A stretch of 63,560 nt of DNA, counting the filler. It is 4 parts of 4 records of this genome, joined end to end, with 100 filler letters (N's around TTAATTAATTAA, not from the genome) between each part and the next. Parts side by side here need not be neighbours in the genome. Positions count along the whole stretch, not along the records: positions 1 to 17,545 come from SRR31156797_4483; 3 more parts are not named here. One strand, written 5' to 3'. Made by a program: the position numbers and the translations under genes. Below the pieces are notes generated by a model. The model was not told where the DNA came from, made no database searches, and saw only the letters and a list, made by a program, of their open reading frames with translations. This document shows, in pieces, positions 1 to 10,932 of this stretch (the stretch's first letter is position 1; every line of letters starts with the position of its first letter).

Positions 1-681
1 CATCATTTCGTTACTCATATTATCAAGCATGATAATATCAGCACCAGCACTTATGGCTTCTTTTACCTCATTTAAGTTGGTTGTTTCAACCTCAACTTTA
101 ATCGTTGAAGGAACTGCTTTTCTAATTTGCTTCACAGCAGGAGTAATTCCTCCAGCTAATTTAATATGATTGTCTTTAATCATTACCAAATCATACAATC
201 CGATTCTATGATTGGTACCACCACCAGCTTTAACGGCATATTTGTCCAAACTTCTAAGACCAGGTACCGTTTTTCGTGTATCAAGAATTTGAACTTTTGT
301 ACCTTCAACTTCAGCAACATATTTAGCTGTTTCACTAGCTATACCCGACATTCTTTGAATTAGGTTTAAAGCTAATCTTTCACCAGTAAGAATTGCTCTA
401 AAAGTTCCTTCCATCTCAACAATTAGATCTCCTTTTTTGATAGCATCACCATCCTTAAATTTTGGATTCCAGCTAAAATTGGGATCTAACTTTTTAAATA
501 TCATTTCAGCAATTGGTAAGCCGGCAATTATACCATCAGCTTTTGCTGTCATGCTTGCTTTAGCACCTGTAGTTTCAGGCACTAAATTATTTGTTGTAAT
601 ATCACCTTCTCCTATATCTTCACGAAAAGCATGATCAATTATATATTCTAATTCTTGAATATCTAATCCTGTTTCTTCCAT
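1..681 (-). CDS. nadC: Nicotinate-nucleotide pyrophosphorylase (quinolinate phosphoribosyltransferase), 3' end outside window
   Basis: Not in ORF track. Manual translation from ATG at 681 gives MEETGLDIQELEYIIDHAFREDIGEGDITT...GERLALNLIQRMSGIAS...ILDTRKTVPG...GGGTNHRIGLYDLVMIKDNH...EVET...ADIIMLDN, all typical NadC motifs; lies directly downstream of nadB. Confidence 0.95.
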   Translation of the reverse strand, partial: MEETGLDIQELEYIIDHAFREDIGEGDITTNNLVPETTGAKASMTAKADGIIAGLPIAEMIFKKLDPNFSWNPKFKDGDAIKKGDLIVEMEGTFRAILTGERLALNLIQRMSGIASETAKYVAEVEGTKVQILDTRKTVPGLRSLDKYAVKAGGGTNHRIGLYDLVMIKDNHIKLAGGITPAVKQIRKAVPSTIKVEVETTNLNEVKEAISAGADIIMLDNMSNEMM

Positions 682-693
682 AAGGTTGAATAA

Positions 694-2277
694 TTATTCT
701 TGAGATTTTTGTTCTACGGGAACAAAAGTAATTTCTTTATTGATTTGTTGTATAGAATGGAATAGAAAGTCTTCATTTTCGGTAGCAAAATCTTCACGAT
801 AATGTCCTCCACGGCTTTCTTGTCTAGCTAATGCTCCTTTTACTATCAGATTTGATACAATGATTAAATTTTTCATTCTGCAACTGAAATATTCATCATT
901 TTCGTATGGAAAATTATTGTCTAGTTGTGAAATTGTATTTTTTAGGTTTAACAGATTTTTTTCAGATCGAATAATTCCTGCTTTAGTATTCAATTCCTTG
1001 GCAAGTTTATTCACTGAATCTAAAAATAATTTTTCGAGTATTGAGTTGACTCGAATTTTCGTAAGATTCTTAGGACTTGATGTGTATTCTAGTTGATTTT
1101 GATAAGCATGATTTACAGCACGTTTACCAAAAACAAGACATTCAAGTAATGAATTTGATGCAAGCCTGTTGGCACCCATAACGCCAGTTGATGCTAATTC
1201 CCCACACGCATATAAATTCTGGATATTTGTTTTACCATTTATACTCGTTTTAATTCCACCAACTGTGTAGTGTGCTGCTGGCGCGATTGGAATTTCATTT
1301 AGAAGATCTGCTCCTGAAAGTTTACATTTTTCATATATAGATGGAAAACGTGATTTAATTTTTTCACCATTTAGATGCTTTAAACTAAGAGTTACGTGCT
1401 CATCTCCAAATTTTTGCATTTGTTCAAATATTGAGCGTGCAACAATATCACGGGGTGCTAATTCAGCAAGAGGATGAATGGTAGGCATAAACCTTTCCCC
1501 TTTGGAATTTAGCAAATGAGCACCTTCGCCACGAACAGCTTCACTAATAAGGAAGGTATATCCATTTTTGGAGTAAAAAGAACTAGGATGAAATTGGATA
1601 AATTCCATATCTGTAATTTTTGCGCCAGCTAAATAAGCTAAGGCAATTCCGTCACCAACAGTCGTATCTGGATTTGTGGTTCGTTGATAAACAGCCGAAG
1701 CACCGCCAAGAGTTAAAATTGTCGATTTGCTTGTTACCTCAAGGTTTGAATTGTCTTCAAGATTATAACTTAGGGCACCAGAACAAATGCCGTTTTTAAC
1801 TAAAAGTTCGTAAACCATTTGATTTTCGAAGATGGTAATGTTTGAGGTTTGCTGAACTTTTTCAATGAGGAATCGAATCATCTCTTTGCCTGTAGAATCT
1901 CCACCGGCATGCAATACTCTTCGACGATGATGTCCTCCTTCAAGAGCTAATGAAAGTTCGCCATTCTCTTTGTCGAATTTCATTCCCATTTCAATCAACT
2001 CCTTGATTCTCTCCGGACCTTCATTTACTAAGATTTCTACAGGAGTGTAGTCGCACAATCCTCGTCCTGCGATTAGAGTGTCTTCTAAATGGTATTGTGG
2101 GAAATCATTAGAATCGGTTACTGCAGCAATACCTCCTTGAGCGTAATAAGAGTTACTTACATCTAGTTTTGATTTGGTTAAAATCGCAACAGATCCTAAT
2201 TGAGCAGCAGTAAGAGCCGAATATAATCCAGCGAGTCCACTTCCGATAATCAGAAAATCGAACTGTTTGTGTAACAT
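694..2277 (-). CDS. nadB: L-aspartate oxidase
   Basis: GSGLAG FAD motif, SNSYYAQGGIAA, QFHPS, LISEAVRGEG, HYTVGGI, GANRLASNSLLE, ESRGGHYREDF; adjacent to nadC. Confidence 0.95.
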   Translation of the reverse strand: MLHKQFDFLIIGSGLAGLYSALTAAQLGSVAILTKSKLDVSNSYYAQGGIAAVTDSNDFPQYHLEDTLIAGRGLCDYTPVEILVNEGPERIKELIEMGMKFDKENGELSLALEGGHHRRRVLHAGGDSTGKEMIRFLIEKVQQTSNITIFENQMVYELLVKNGICSGALSYNLEDNSNLEVTSKSTILTLGGASAVYQRTTNPDTTVGDGIALAYLAGAKITDMEFIQFHPSSFYSKNGYTFLISEAVRGEGAHLLNSKGERFMPTIHPLAELAPRDIVARSIFEQMQKFGDEHVTLSLKHLNGEKIKSRFPSIYEKCKLSGADLLNEIPIAPAAHYTVGGIKTSINGKTNIQNLYACGELASTGVMGANRLASNSLLECLVFGKRAVNHAYQNQLEYTSSPKNLTKIRVNSILEKLFLDSVNKLAKELNTKAGIIRSEKNLLNLKNTISQLDNNFPYENDEYFSCRMKNLIIVSNLIVKGALARQESRGGHYREDFATENEDFLFHSIQQINKEITFVPVEQKSQE

Positions 2278-2394
2278 TATTGAAAAATCTTGGTTCGTGC
2301 GAAAATAGCTATTTTCATTCTATCAAGTGCAAATTTAGATGAAAATTAAGGATGGGAAAAGAAATTATCAATGATTGTTACTGGAATTCAGTAA

Positions 2395-2421
2395 AAAAGA
2401 CGACTAATTTAGTCGCCTTTT
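2395..2421 (-). terminator. Intrinsic terminator downstream of the TPS/TPP gene
   Basis: CGACTA-att-TAGTCG stem flanked by A and T tracts just past the stop at 2440. Confidence 0.6.
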
Positions 2422-2439
2422 ATTATATGTAATTTTATA

Positions 2440-4647
2440 TTATTCGATTAAGTCAGATAAGAAACTTCTGACAGTTTTTACAGAATCTACTTTGTATTTA
2501 GCAGCCGTATGCTTTAAGCCAACTTTAATTGTATTGGCAGATTCCGGAAGTTCTCTAAACATGTATTCATCGGTCCAATCATCGCCCATGGCAATAATAA
2601 AGTCGAAATTTTGATTTTGCAGAAACTGTAAAGCTGCCATTCCTTTGTTAATTCCTCCACTTTTAACTTCAATTACCTTATTTCCTTCAAGAATTTCAAG
2701 GTTGTGGTTGGCAATCATTGTTGTTAATTCATCTTTAAGCTCATTGGCTCTTAGTTCTCCTTGTTCAGGCTCAGATTTTCTGTAATGCCACACAAGTGAA
2801 TAGTTTTTCTCTTCGATAAATGAGCCAGGAGTTCTGTCAACAAATATTTCTAAACTAGGTCTGATACTAGGTTTCCATGCGTCATTGGTATTGGCAAGCA
2901 TTTTCCAGTCCTTTTCATACTTTTTAATCCAAACACCATGTTCTACTATTAAATTTATCTTGTGTCCTTCAAACCAATTTTCCAAACTTTCTCTATCTCT
3001 ACCACTTATAATTGTAATGATATTTTTTGGATCCTCTTCGAGTTTATAGAGAAGGTTGTGCAATTCTTCATCAGGTTTGGCATCATTAGGATTCTTTTTA
3101 AATCCGGTAAGGGTACCATCATAATCGAGGAATATAGATCTTTTTTTTGCTGAATTATAATTCTCTTTTATTGCATCAGATATTTTTGAATTTATCTTTT
3201 TAGCATAGAATGATTGCTGAATTGATTCAACTTTCTTAAGAGATTTTACAAATTCGCTAGACCATTTGAATACATCATATCTTTTTATTCTGTCCTGCAA
3301 GAATATCATTCTTTCTCGTTGTTCATCCAACGGCATAGTTAAAGCCTGGTGGATGCTTTTCGCTATTTCTCCTATGTTATTTGGATTAATCATTAAAGCT
3401 TCTCCCATTTCTTTTGAAACACCAGCCATTTCACTTAAAATCATTACACCAGTACGATTGGTTCTCGAAGCCACATATTCTTTAGCAACCAGGTTCATTC
3501 CATCTCTAACCGGAGTTACCAATGCTACGTCGCAGGAACTATACAACTCAATTAAATTCTCGAATGGTAAGGATCGGTAAAAGTACCATACCGGAGTATA
3601 ATTTATACTTCCAAAACGACCATTTACATTCCCAACCAATTCATCAACTTCTTTTTTAAGATTGATATAATGCTCCACTGTTCCTCTTGAAGGAACGGCA
3701 AGCATGATCAGGGTAACTTTTCCAATAAACTCTGGATATTCTTCTAAAAACTTGGCAAATGCCTGAAGTCGGTTCGGAATTCCTTTGGAGTAATCCAATC
3801 GATCTATCGAAAGAATAAGTTTACGATTTGGGGAGACTAGGAAGTATTTTTCCAACTCTCTATGTAATTTCGATTTCTCCTGTAAGGGTTTTTGAAAAGT
3901 TTGTGTTGCAGCTTCCCTAAATTTATCGTAATCGATACCCATTGGGAAAGCATCAACAATAATGATTCTATCTTCAATGTGAATTTCGTTAAACGAGATT
4001 TCATATCCCATTAATCGTCGTACCGAGCTGCAAAAATGGCGTTGGTAATCGAAAGTGTGAAAGCCAATTAGATCGGCACCAAGCATTCCATTTATCAATT
4101 CTTTTCTCCATGGAAGGATTCTAAAAACTTCGAAGGAAGGGAAGGGGATATGTAGAAAAAATCCAACTGTAACACCTGGTTTTTTAGATTTAATCATCTC
4201 CGGAACCAATAGTAATTGATAATCATGTATCCAAATTGTATCTCCTTCTTCTATTGTTTCAAGGGCTTTATCTGCAAATTTTTGGTTTACCTTTACAAAG
4301 GCATCCCAAAGTTCCGGTTCATAATCTATGTATTGGGCAAAATAATGAAAAAGAGGCCAAATTGCTCGATTGCTAAAACCATCGTAGTATAAATCTATCT
4401 CTTCTTTCGATAAATGAACAGACACGCAATCTTCATCAATTAATTTATCTTCAATTCGATCCTTAAGATCATCGTCAAGATCATCACTTGGAAGTCCAGG
4501 CCATCCAATCCATTTGCCATTATATTCTTTATAGACCGATCTCATTCCAGTTGCTAACCCTCCAACACTGGGAATCAAATCAATTTGATCATTTTCTACG
4601 TTAATACTAACTGGGAGTCTATTCGAGACAATGTGAATTCTATTCAT
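2440..4647 (-). CDS. Bifunctional trehalose-6-phosphate synthase/phosphatase (GT20 + HAD fusion)
   Basis: N-terminal VSNRLP, WIHDYQL, FFLHIPFP, DRLDYSKGI, RDGMNLVAKEY (OtsA-like). C-terminal FLDYDGTL, ISGR, GDDWTDE (OtsB HAD). Confidence 0.93.
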   Translation of the reverse strand: MNRIHIVSNRLPVSINVENDQIDLIPSVGGLATGMRSVYKEYNGKWIGWPGLPSDDLDDDLKDRIEDKLIDEDCVSVHLSKEEIDLYYDGFSNRAIWPLFHYFAQYIDYEPELWDAFVKVNQKFADKALETIEEGDTIWIHDYQLLLVPEMIKSKKPGVTVGFFLHIPFPSFEVFRILPWRKELINGMLGADLIGFHTFDYQRHFCSSVRRLMGYEISFNEIHIEDRIIIVDAFPMGIDYDKFREAATQTFQKPLQEKSKLHRELEKYFLVSPNRKLILSIDRLDYSKGIPNRLQAFAKFLEEYPEFIGKVTLIMLAVPSRGTVEHYINLKKEVDELVGNVNGRFGSINYTPVWYFYRSLPFENLIELYSSCDVALVTPVRDGMNLVAKEYVASRTNRTGVMILSEMAGVSKEMGEALMINPNNIGEIAKSIHQALTMPLDEQRERMIFLQDRIKRYDVFKWSSEFVKSLKKVESIQQSFYAKKINSKISDAIKENYNSAKKRSIFLDYDGTLTGFKKNPNDAKPDEELHNLLYKLEEDPKNIITIISGRDRESLENWFEGHKINLIVEHGVWIKKYEKDWKMLANTNDAWKPSIRPSLEIFVDRTPGSFIEEKNYSLVWHYRKSEPEQGELRANELKDELTTMIANHNLEILEGNKVIEVKSGGINKGMAALQFLQNQNFDFIIAMGDDWTDEYMFRELPESANTIKVGLKHTAAKYKVDSVKTVRSFLSDLIE

Positions 4648-4879
4648 AAAATGTGGTTTTTTATTTTGGTAGTAATGTTACTTTTATTCGTGAAATTTCT
4701 CTATTTTCCAATTTGAATATCACAGAATACATTAAAATTTAACATGATTTAATCTGATGAAAATTGTAATGTGTTACTCAATTGTTTAGTTGACTGTGTA
4801 TTGTGTGTTGTTAATCGGTCATGAAAGAATTTATCATGACTAATCATTTTATGGTTAAGCTCTAAAATAGTCATTTTTT

Positions 4880-6691
4880 ATGAAGAATTTAAATTATGGG
4901 GTAATAGGAAATTGCCGAAGTGCTGCATTAATTTCGGAAAGGGGATCGTTGGATTGGTTGTGTTTGCCTCAATTTGATTCATCATCGGCTTTTGCAAAAA
5001 TCCTGGATAAGGAAAAGGGTGGAAATTTTGAAATTATTCCTGAAAACTTATTGGAAGTAAAACAAGAATATCGATCTAAAACAAATATCTTAAAAACCAG
5101 ATTTGAATGTGTTGATGGTGTTTTTGAGGTTTTGGATTTTATGCCGAGATATTTATCTGATAATAATAGCTACTATGCACCACCTGATGTTATTCGTTTT
5201 TTTAGATTGGTATATGGTAAGCCAACATTTAGAGTAAAGTACAATCCACAATTGGATTATGCTCGTAATCAGACGCAAAATTTTATATCTGAAGAGGGTT
5301 TTATAAAATCCTATACAGAGACAGGTAATTATGATTCACTTTATTTGTATTCTAGTTTTAAGAATGAGGATATCTTGAATAGTGAATTGATTTCTTTAGA
5401 GAAGAATGAATTTTGTGTGATTAGTTACGACCAAAAATTATTGGAACAAAACATTGAACGAGTTTATTTAAAACTACAAAGAACCAAAACTTATTGGTTG
5501 AATTGGAGTGAGAAAACTAAGATATTACCTGAATATAACGAGCAGGTTACCAGAAGTGCCTTAGTGTTGAAATTGCTCAGTTATCAGAAAAGTGGTGCTG
5601 TCTTAGCCGCTCTTACTACCTCTTTGCCTGAAACTATTGGTGAGGTTAGAAATTGGGATTATCGTTTTTGTTGGATCAGAGATGGGTCGATGGTGGTTAA
5701 AATTTTAACTCAGTTGGGGCATTACAATGTCGCGAAACGATACTTGAAATTCATTATGGATATTATACCTGAAAAGAATGAGAAGATTCAAATCATGTAT
5801 GGGATTAATGGTGAAAAAAAACTAACCGAATATGAATTGGAACACCTTTCGGGATATGAGAATTCGAAACCTGTTCGTGTTGGTAATGCAGCTTACAAAC
5901 AAAAGCAAAATGATATTTACGGTATTTTGCTGGATCTGATTCATCAACAATTCGAAACATTTGAGAATTCTTTAGAACATAGTGAGGAATTATGGACGAT
6001 TGTTCGAAGTATTGTGAAGGTGGTTGAGGCAAACTGGAAAAAGCCCGATAGGGGAATCTGGGAGATACGTGGGAAGAGTTTGCACTTTACCTTTAGTAAA
6101 GTAATGTGTTGGGTTGCTTTTGATAGAGCTGTGAAAATTGCAAGTTTATTAAAACAAGAATACTACATTAGTAAATGGACGGTATTACGACATTCAGTTA
6201 AAGATGACATTTTAAAGAAGGCATGGAGTAGAGAGAAGAAAGCATTTACTCAGTATTATGGATCTCAGGATATGGATGCTTCGGTATTATTGATGGAAAC
6301 TTATGGATTTATTGAAGCAAAGGATCCAAAGTATAAATCTACCGTTCTTACCATACAAAAGGAGTTAGAACACGATGGTTTAATGTATCGTTATAAGAAT
6401 CAGGATGATTTCGGCACACCAAAATCTGCTTTTACAATCTGTTCATTTTGGCTAATCAATAGCTTATATAAGATTGGGAAAAAGAAAGAAGCTAAAGAAA
6501 AATTTGATAGGTTACTGCAATATTCCAATCATCTTGGTTTATTTGCCGAGGATATTGATTTTGATACAAAACGTATGTTGGGAAATTTTCCACAGGCCTA
6601 TTCACATTTAGCTATAATCGAAACGGCACTCAACTTTTCCAATTATAATTTTGATGATGATGATAATCTACTTGATCAATTAACAAGTTAG
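4880..6691 (+). CDS. Glycoside hydrolase family 15 (trehalase/glucoamylase-like)
   Basis: YGVIGNCRSAAL, TTSLPE..G.VRNWDYRFCWIRD, GIWEIRG, LGLFAED, GNFPQAYSH GH15 motifs. Confidence 0.9.
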   Translation: MKNLNYGVIGNCRSAALISERGSLDWLCLPQFDSSSAFAKILDKEKGGNFEIIPENLLEVKQEYRSKTNILKTRFECVDGVFEVLDFMPRYLSDNNSYYAPPDVIRFFRLVYGKPTFRVKYNPQLDYARNQTQNFISEEGFIKSYTETGNYDSLYLYSSFKNEDILNSELISLEKNEFCVISYDQKLLEQNIERVYLKLQRTKTYWLNWSEKTKILPEYNEQVTRSALVLKLLSYQKSGAVLAALTTSLPETIGEVRNWDYRFCWIRDGSMVVKILTQLGHYNVAKRYLKFIMDIIPEKNEKIQIMYGINGEKKLTEYELEHLSGYENSKPVRVGNAAYKQKQNDIYGILLDLIHQQFETFENSLEHSEELWTIVRSIVKVVEANWKKPDRGIWEIRGKSLHFTFSKVMCWVAFDRAVKIASLLKQEYYISKWTVLRHSVKDDILKKAWSREKKAFTQYYGSQDMDASVLLMETYGFIEAKDPKYKSTVLTIQKELEHDGLMYRYKNQDDFGTPKSAFTICSFWLINSLYKIGKKKEAKEKFDRLLQYSNHLGLFAEDIDFDTKRMLGNFPQAYSHLAIIETALNFSNYNFDDDDNLLDQLTS

Positions 6692-6737
6692 TATTAGCTT
6701 ATTTTTCGTTTAGATAAGATTACTGTTTGCTACAAAT

Positions 6738-6771
6738 AAAAAGAGCTTGCCATCATATGGCAAGCTCTTTT
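6738..6771. terminator. Bidirectional intrinsic terminator
   Basis: AAAAGAGCTTGCCA-tcata-TGGCAAGCTCTTTT perfect inverted repeat between convergent genes. Confidence 0.85.
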
Positions 6772-6793
6772 GTTACTGTTAATTTCTATCTTT

Positions 6794-9700
6794 TTATTTC
6801 ACTAAAAGTTTTCCTTTGTAAATTTTCTCTCCGGAAAGATTAATGATATGAACTCCTGGTTTTAATTGTTCACGATTGATAATAAAGTTATTATCAGTAA
6901 TATTTTCGATGATTCGAACAACTCTACCACTTGCGTCAACCACAACTAAACGATATTTTTTATTCGTTTTATTTGGGAATTTTACATTGGTTTTATCTAC
7001 CATTGGATTAGGGTAAATAATAAGCTTATTATTCTCTTTATCTAAATCATCAATAGCAGTAGCCACGTCAACAAAAATGTAATCTGTTTTAGTTTCTGAA
7101 GCTGTTGCTCCATCTGTATCGGTTACATTAAGTGTAACACTATAGGTTCCTGTTTGCTCATAAAGAACCGTTGGGTTTTGTTCGGTTTTATCAGCTATGG
7201 TTCCACCAGGAACAATCCATTCCCAACTTGCAATATTTCCATTCGATTGATCTGTAAATACAACTTCATCACCAACGCGAATTGATGTAGAACTTGCAGA
7301 GAAATCAGGTTTTAATATTGAGCCTGCATCTTCGAATCCCACTTTTACTTTTATAGCAAGAGCAGAGTTTGATTCAAAAATAGAAGGAGAAGAATAAGGA
7401 TACCATGTATCATTAAATTTTAGATAAGCGCTATTGTTCCATGTAATTTCTCCATCAAGAGGTAGGTGATAAACTGCGAAAGTATCCAATGGATTTTCAA
7501 AAAAGATTTTATAACCTACAAAAAATTCGTTTTCAACTTCAACTGGAGTCTCTAATACGATTTCATTGAATTGTTTAAGTTGAAATTGAGACAATGGAAT
7601 ATCCTGAGAATATACCTCTTCAGCAGGAGCATCAGTTCCATTCCAAATCTTTAGTTGAATTTTAGGATCACCTGATTTAGCTTCAACAATTACCGGGTTG
7701 ATCTGAACGCTTCTTACCACATTAAGGTTGGTATTAATCATTTCAAATTTTTCAGCAAATTCTGGCATACTGTAGCTATTGTGACCAGTTACATAACCCC
7801 ATGATGTTTCTCCATTAAAGCTATAAACAGAAAGCTTCTCTTCATCTGTAGCTAAAACATTATACAAAAGATCATCTTCTTTATCATCTGCATCAACTAC
7901 AGTAATATAATCAACTTTGGTTTTAGTATCTGTAAAATCACCTGATCCTGTAATTTTTAATGTAATGGTATAAACTCCAGCTTCGCTAAATGTAACAACT
8001 GGATTTTGTACCGTATTATCATCAGTAGTACCTCCGGCAAAATTCCATTCCCAAGCTTCAACTGTTCCCGTTGAATTATCGGTAAATGTAATTTCCTCAC
8101 CTACATTAACTGAAGTTTTGTTTGCTGCGAAATCTGCTTTTACTGATTTAACAACAACTGCCGATTCTAACACTTTTGTGTTATCACCATTAGCATTTGA
8201 AACTTTCAAAGAAACTTTAAATTTTCCGGCAGTTTTGTAAAGTATATCTTCTGGATGCTGAACAGTACTTGATGCCGTTTCAGCACCTTCAAAAGTCCAC
8301 TCATAAGCAGTAACTTCTCCAATAGATCTGTCTTTGAAATTTACTTTCTCACCTACAAAAATCGTATCTATTGTTGTTCCAATGTTTGCAACTGGAGTTG
8401 AGTTACTGTAATCAGCATCTGCGTAGAATAGTCCGTTTGCATGTGTACCAACTCCAATAAAACCATCACCTCTATTTTTCACCATAGACACAACAGTATT
8501 TCCAATTGTATTAGGAGCTTCTTGAGTCCAGTTTGTAGAACTTCCATCTAATTTGCTTGTACTATATAAACCAGTACTTGTTCCGGCATAATAGGTTGTG
8601 TCAGTAGGTGAAACAAGAAATGATACTGTTCTCACGGAAGGACCACTTCCTGAAGCATTTCCATTTTCTTCTAAATTACCACTAACAGCATTCCAAGTAT
8701 TACCTCCGTCAGCTGAATAAAATATACTTTCAACTTTGTAGTTCGAAAAAGAAACTAGAATTTCATCAGCATTTAAAGGGTTTACTGCAATAGAGCTAAC
8801 GTAAGCACCTGATGGCATTCCGTTACCAGTAATTTCAGTTTTTTTAGCATCTGCTGAGTGAGAATTTTCCAGTTTGTATACTTTTCCTTTTGACGAGCCA
8901 TAATATAAAATGTGGCTTGGATTGGTTGAGGAGGCATAAGCTGTTACCTTACCATCAGCTCTAGAAACTTCTAATTTTTCCCAATTTTCGTCAGTAGAAG
9001 AGTTAGAGTATAGAGAGATTCCGAATATGTTTGAGTTTCTCCAAATGTAATTTCCTCCAGTATAATAAACTATTTCACTATTGTTCGCATCAACAATAAA
9101 GGGGTTGATAAAAAGTTGTTCTTCAGCGCTTGCTGGGTTAATACGAGTCCAGCCACCATTAGAATAAAACAAATACATACCACCTCTTTGCCACGATACA
9201 ATCTGGGCTTTTCCTTGATCTGTTATGGCACAAAAACTTCCGTCTCCTGAGAATGCTTCATCCCAATCGCCTCCAGTTGTAACATCGTCAATATTCCAAG
9301 TTCCATTGTCTTGAAATCCAGCAAGCATCTGTTTATTTGAGAAATTATCGTGATCGATAGCAACCGTATAGGCTTGAGTTGTAAGATAACCGTTGTTTAA
9401 TGAAGTCCAATCTACAGGTTCCTCAACATTATCGGATGCATCAGTATCTTCTGTCTGTTTGTAGTTAGTCGTTAAACTCAAACCACCATCATGTCCACAT
9501 ATCATACTAGCATTATCTGATTTAAATGCCATAGAATGTACATCAGGGTGATGATTTTCATATTGAGAAACATTATTTTTAGTAGAATATCCTCCAATCC
9601 AATAGGTATTGTTTTTTGTTGCAAAACCATCATCTGAACGATGAAGGTTAGTTCCACCAATAAATACTATATCTTCATTATCGGGAGCCACTTTAATAAT

Positions 9701-10909
9701 CATATTGTATGAACCTTGAGAATCGTATCCGCCTACATCCCCCGATTCTGCAGGAATATTATTTGAGCGGTTTGTCCACTTGTAATTAGAACTGGTTTCG
9801 TACTCAAGTTTCCACAAACTGTGACCTTCAAAACCTCCATTTGAAGTTGCTCCCAATAAATAAACTGATTTTTCATTTGATGGAGCGTAAGACAACACTA
9901 TTCTATCGTAATTAGTAGGAAATTCATCAGGAGTAATGTTAGCCCAAGTACCACTTGCACCACTTTCCGATCTATAAACTCCTTTTTGACTACCATCAGC
10001 ACTTAGTGAAGCATACAATATACCAGTTGGGGTACAAATAATGTCGCTAAAGTAGGCATTTGTTTGTATAACAACTTCCCATGTATTTCCTTCATCGGTT
10101 GACCTTCTGATACCATCAGCGGTTGCAACATAAACATTCCCATTAGTTGGATCAACACAAACATTCCAGCAGTAATCAAATGGATCGTATGATTCAGGAG
10201 TATTCGAAACTGTAGCTTCTAATGATTCCCATGTTTCACCATTGTCTGTTGATTTGAAAACTCCATCTCCTCTGAATGGAGCTCCGCCTCCAGAAGCACT
10301 GTTTCCATGCAATTCTCCAGTAACATAATACCAGATGTTTTCTTTTCCAGTTCTGGTATCCTGTGCAATAGCGGTAATACTTTGCAAATCATTTTTTGCA
10401 GTTTTTTTACTCCAATTCGCACCGTTATCAGTTGATTTCCAAAGACCGCCAGCAACGCCACCGGCAAGTATGGTATTGTTATTTTTAACATCAATGGCAA
10501 GAGCTCTTGTTCTACCTCCAACATTTCTTGGTCCGGCATTAGTGAAATTTAATCCTCCTGCTTTGGTAAAACTTCTTAAGCCAGATTGAGGCGAAAGAGC
10601 AAAATTTAACTCTTGTACTCTGATGTTAGCAGGTATTTTTCCAGTAGTAGGGTCAACTAGCATTCTAGTTTCATACTTAACTCTTCCATTAGGGTCATCT
10701 GCTTTTCGTAAGACTCCATTTCTCTTATCCGAAATTTTAGAAAGTTTTCTATGATTAGCTGATTTAGATGTTAACTCTTTATAGGTAGCTTCTGTAATAA
10801 CAATATCGTTATTCTTCAGATTGCTCTTTTTTTTGACTTTAAATGGGGTTTGAGCACAAACGGTAAATGAAATTACCAGTGCTGCAACAACCATAAATAT
10901 ATTTTTCAT
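6794..10909 (-). CDS. Secreted T9SS cargo: BNR/Asp-box beta-propeller + 3 PKD domains + C-terminal sorting domain
   Basis: Signal peptide; repeated S-x-D-x-G-x-x-W boxes (KSTDNGANW, KSTDNGETW, RSTDEGNTW, YSADGGNTW); three PKD repeats (F.D.S.G....WEW.F.GG...NP); CTD IIYPNP...KLLVK. Confidence 0.85.
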   Translation of the reverse strand: MKNIFMVVAALVISFTVCAQTPFKVKKKSNLKNNDIVITEATYKELTSKSANHRKLSKISDKRNGVLRKADDPNGRVKYETRMLVDPTTGKIPANIRVQELNFALSPQSGLRSFTKAGGLNFTNAGPRNVGGRTRALAIDVKNNNTILAGGVAGGLWKSTDNGANWSKKTAKNDLQSITAIAQDTRTGKENIWYYVTGELHGNSASGGGAPFRGDGVFKSTDNGETWESLEATVSNTPESYDPFDYCWNVCVDPTNGNVYVATADGIRRSTDEGNTWEVVIQTNAYFSDIICTPTGILYASLSADGSQKGVYRSESGASGTWANITPDEFPTNYDRIVLSYAPSNEKSVYLLGATSNGGFEGHSLWKLEYETSSNYKWTNRSNNIPAESGDVGGYDSQGSYNMIIKVAPDNEDIVFIGGTNLHRSDDGFATKNNTYWIGGYSTKNNVSQYENHHPDVHSMAFKSDNASMICGHDGGLSLTTNYKQTEDTDASDNVEEPVDWTSLNNGYLTTQAYTVAIDHDNFSNKQMLAGFQDNGTWNIDDVTTGGDWDEAFSGDGSFCAITDQGKAQIVSWQRGGMYLFYSNGGWTRINPASAEEQLFINPFIVDANNSEIVYYTGGNYIWRNSNIFGISLYSNSSTDENWEKLEVSRADGKVTAYASSTNPSHILYYGSSKGKVYKLENSHSADAKKTEITGNGMPSGAYVSSIAVNPLNADEILVSFSNYKVESIFYSADGGNTWNAVSGNLEENGNASGSGPSVRTVSFLVSPTDTTYYAGTSTGLYSTSKLDGSSTNWTQEAPNTIGNTVVSMVKNRGDGFIGVGTHANGLFYADADYSNSTPVANIGTTIDTIFVGEKVNFKDRSIGEVTAYEWTFEGAETASSTVQHPEDILYKTAGKFKVSLKVSNANGDNTKVLESAVVVKSVKADFAANKTSVNVGEEITFTDNSTGTVEAWEWNFAGGTTDDNTVQNPVVTFSEAGVYTITLKITGSGDFTDTKTKVDYITVVDADDKEDDLLYNVLATDEEKLSVYSFNGETSWGYVTGHNSYSMPEFAEKFEMINTNLNVVRSVQINPVIVEAKSGDPKIQLKIWNGTDAPAEEVYSQDIPLSQFQLKQFNEIVLETPVEVENEFFVGYKIFFENPLDTFAVYHLPLDGEITWNNSAYLKFNDTWYPYSSPSIFESNSALAIKVKVGFEDAGSILKPDFSASSTSIRVGDEVVFTDQSNGNIASWEWIVPGGTIADKTEQNPTVLYEQTGTYSVTLNVTDTDGATASETKTDYIFVDVATAIDDLDKENNKLIIYPNPMVDKTNVKFPNKTNKKYRLVVVDASGRVVRIIENITDNNFIINREQLKPGVHIINLSGEKIYKGKLLVK

Positions 10910-10932
10910 AGTAATGGTAATGTTGATTTGAG

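Noticed and set aside
166-634. Short plus-strand ORFs here, and the many 60-140 aa antisense or alternate-frame ORFs throughout the track
   Set aside because: They are shadows of well-supported genes (here nadC) with no motifs or RBS.
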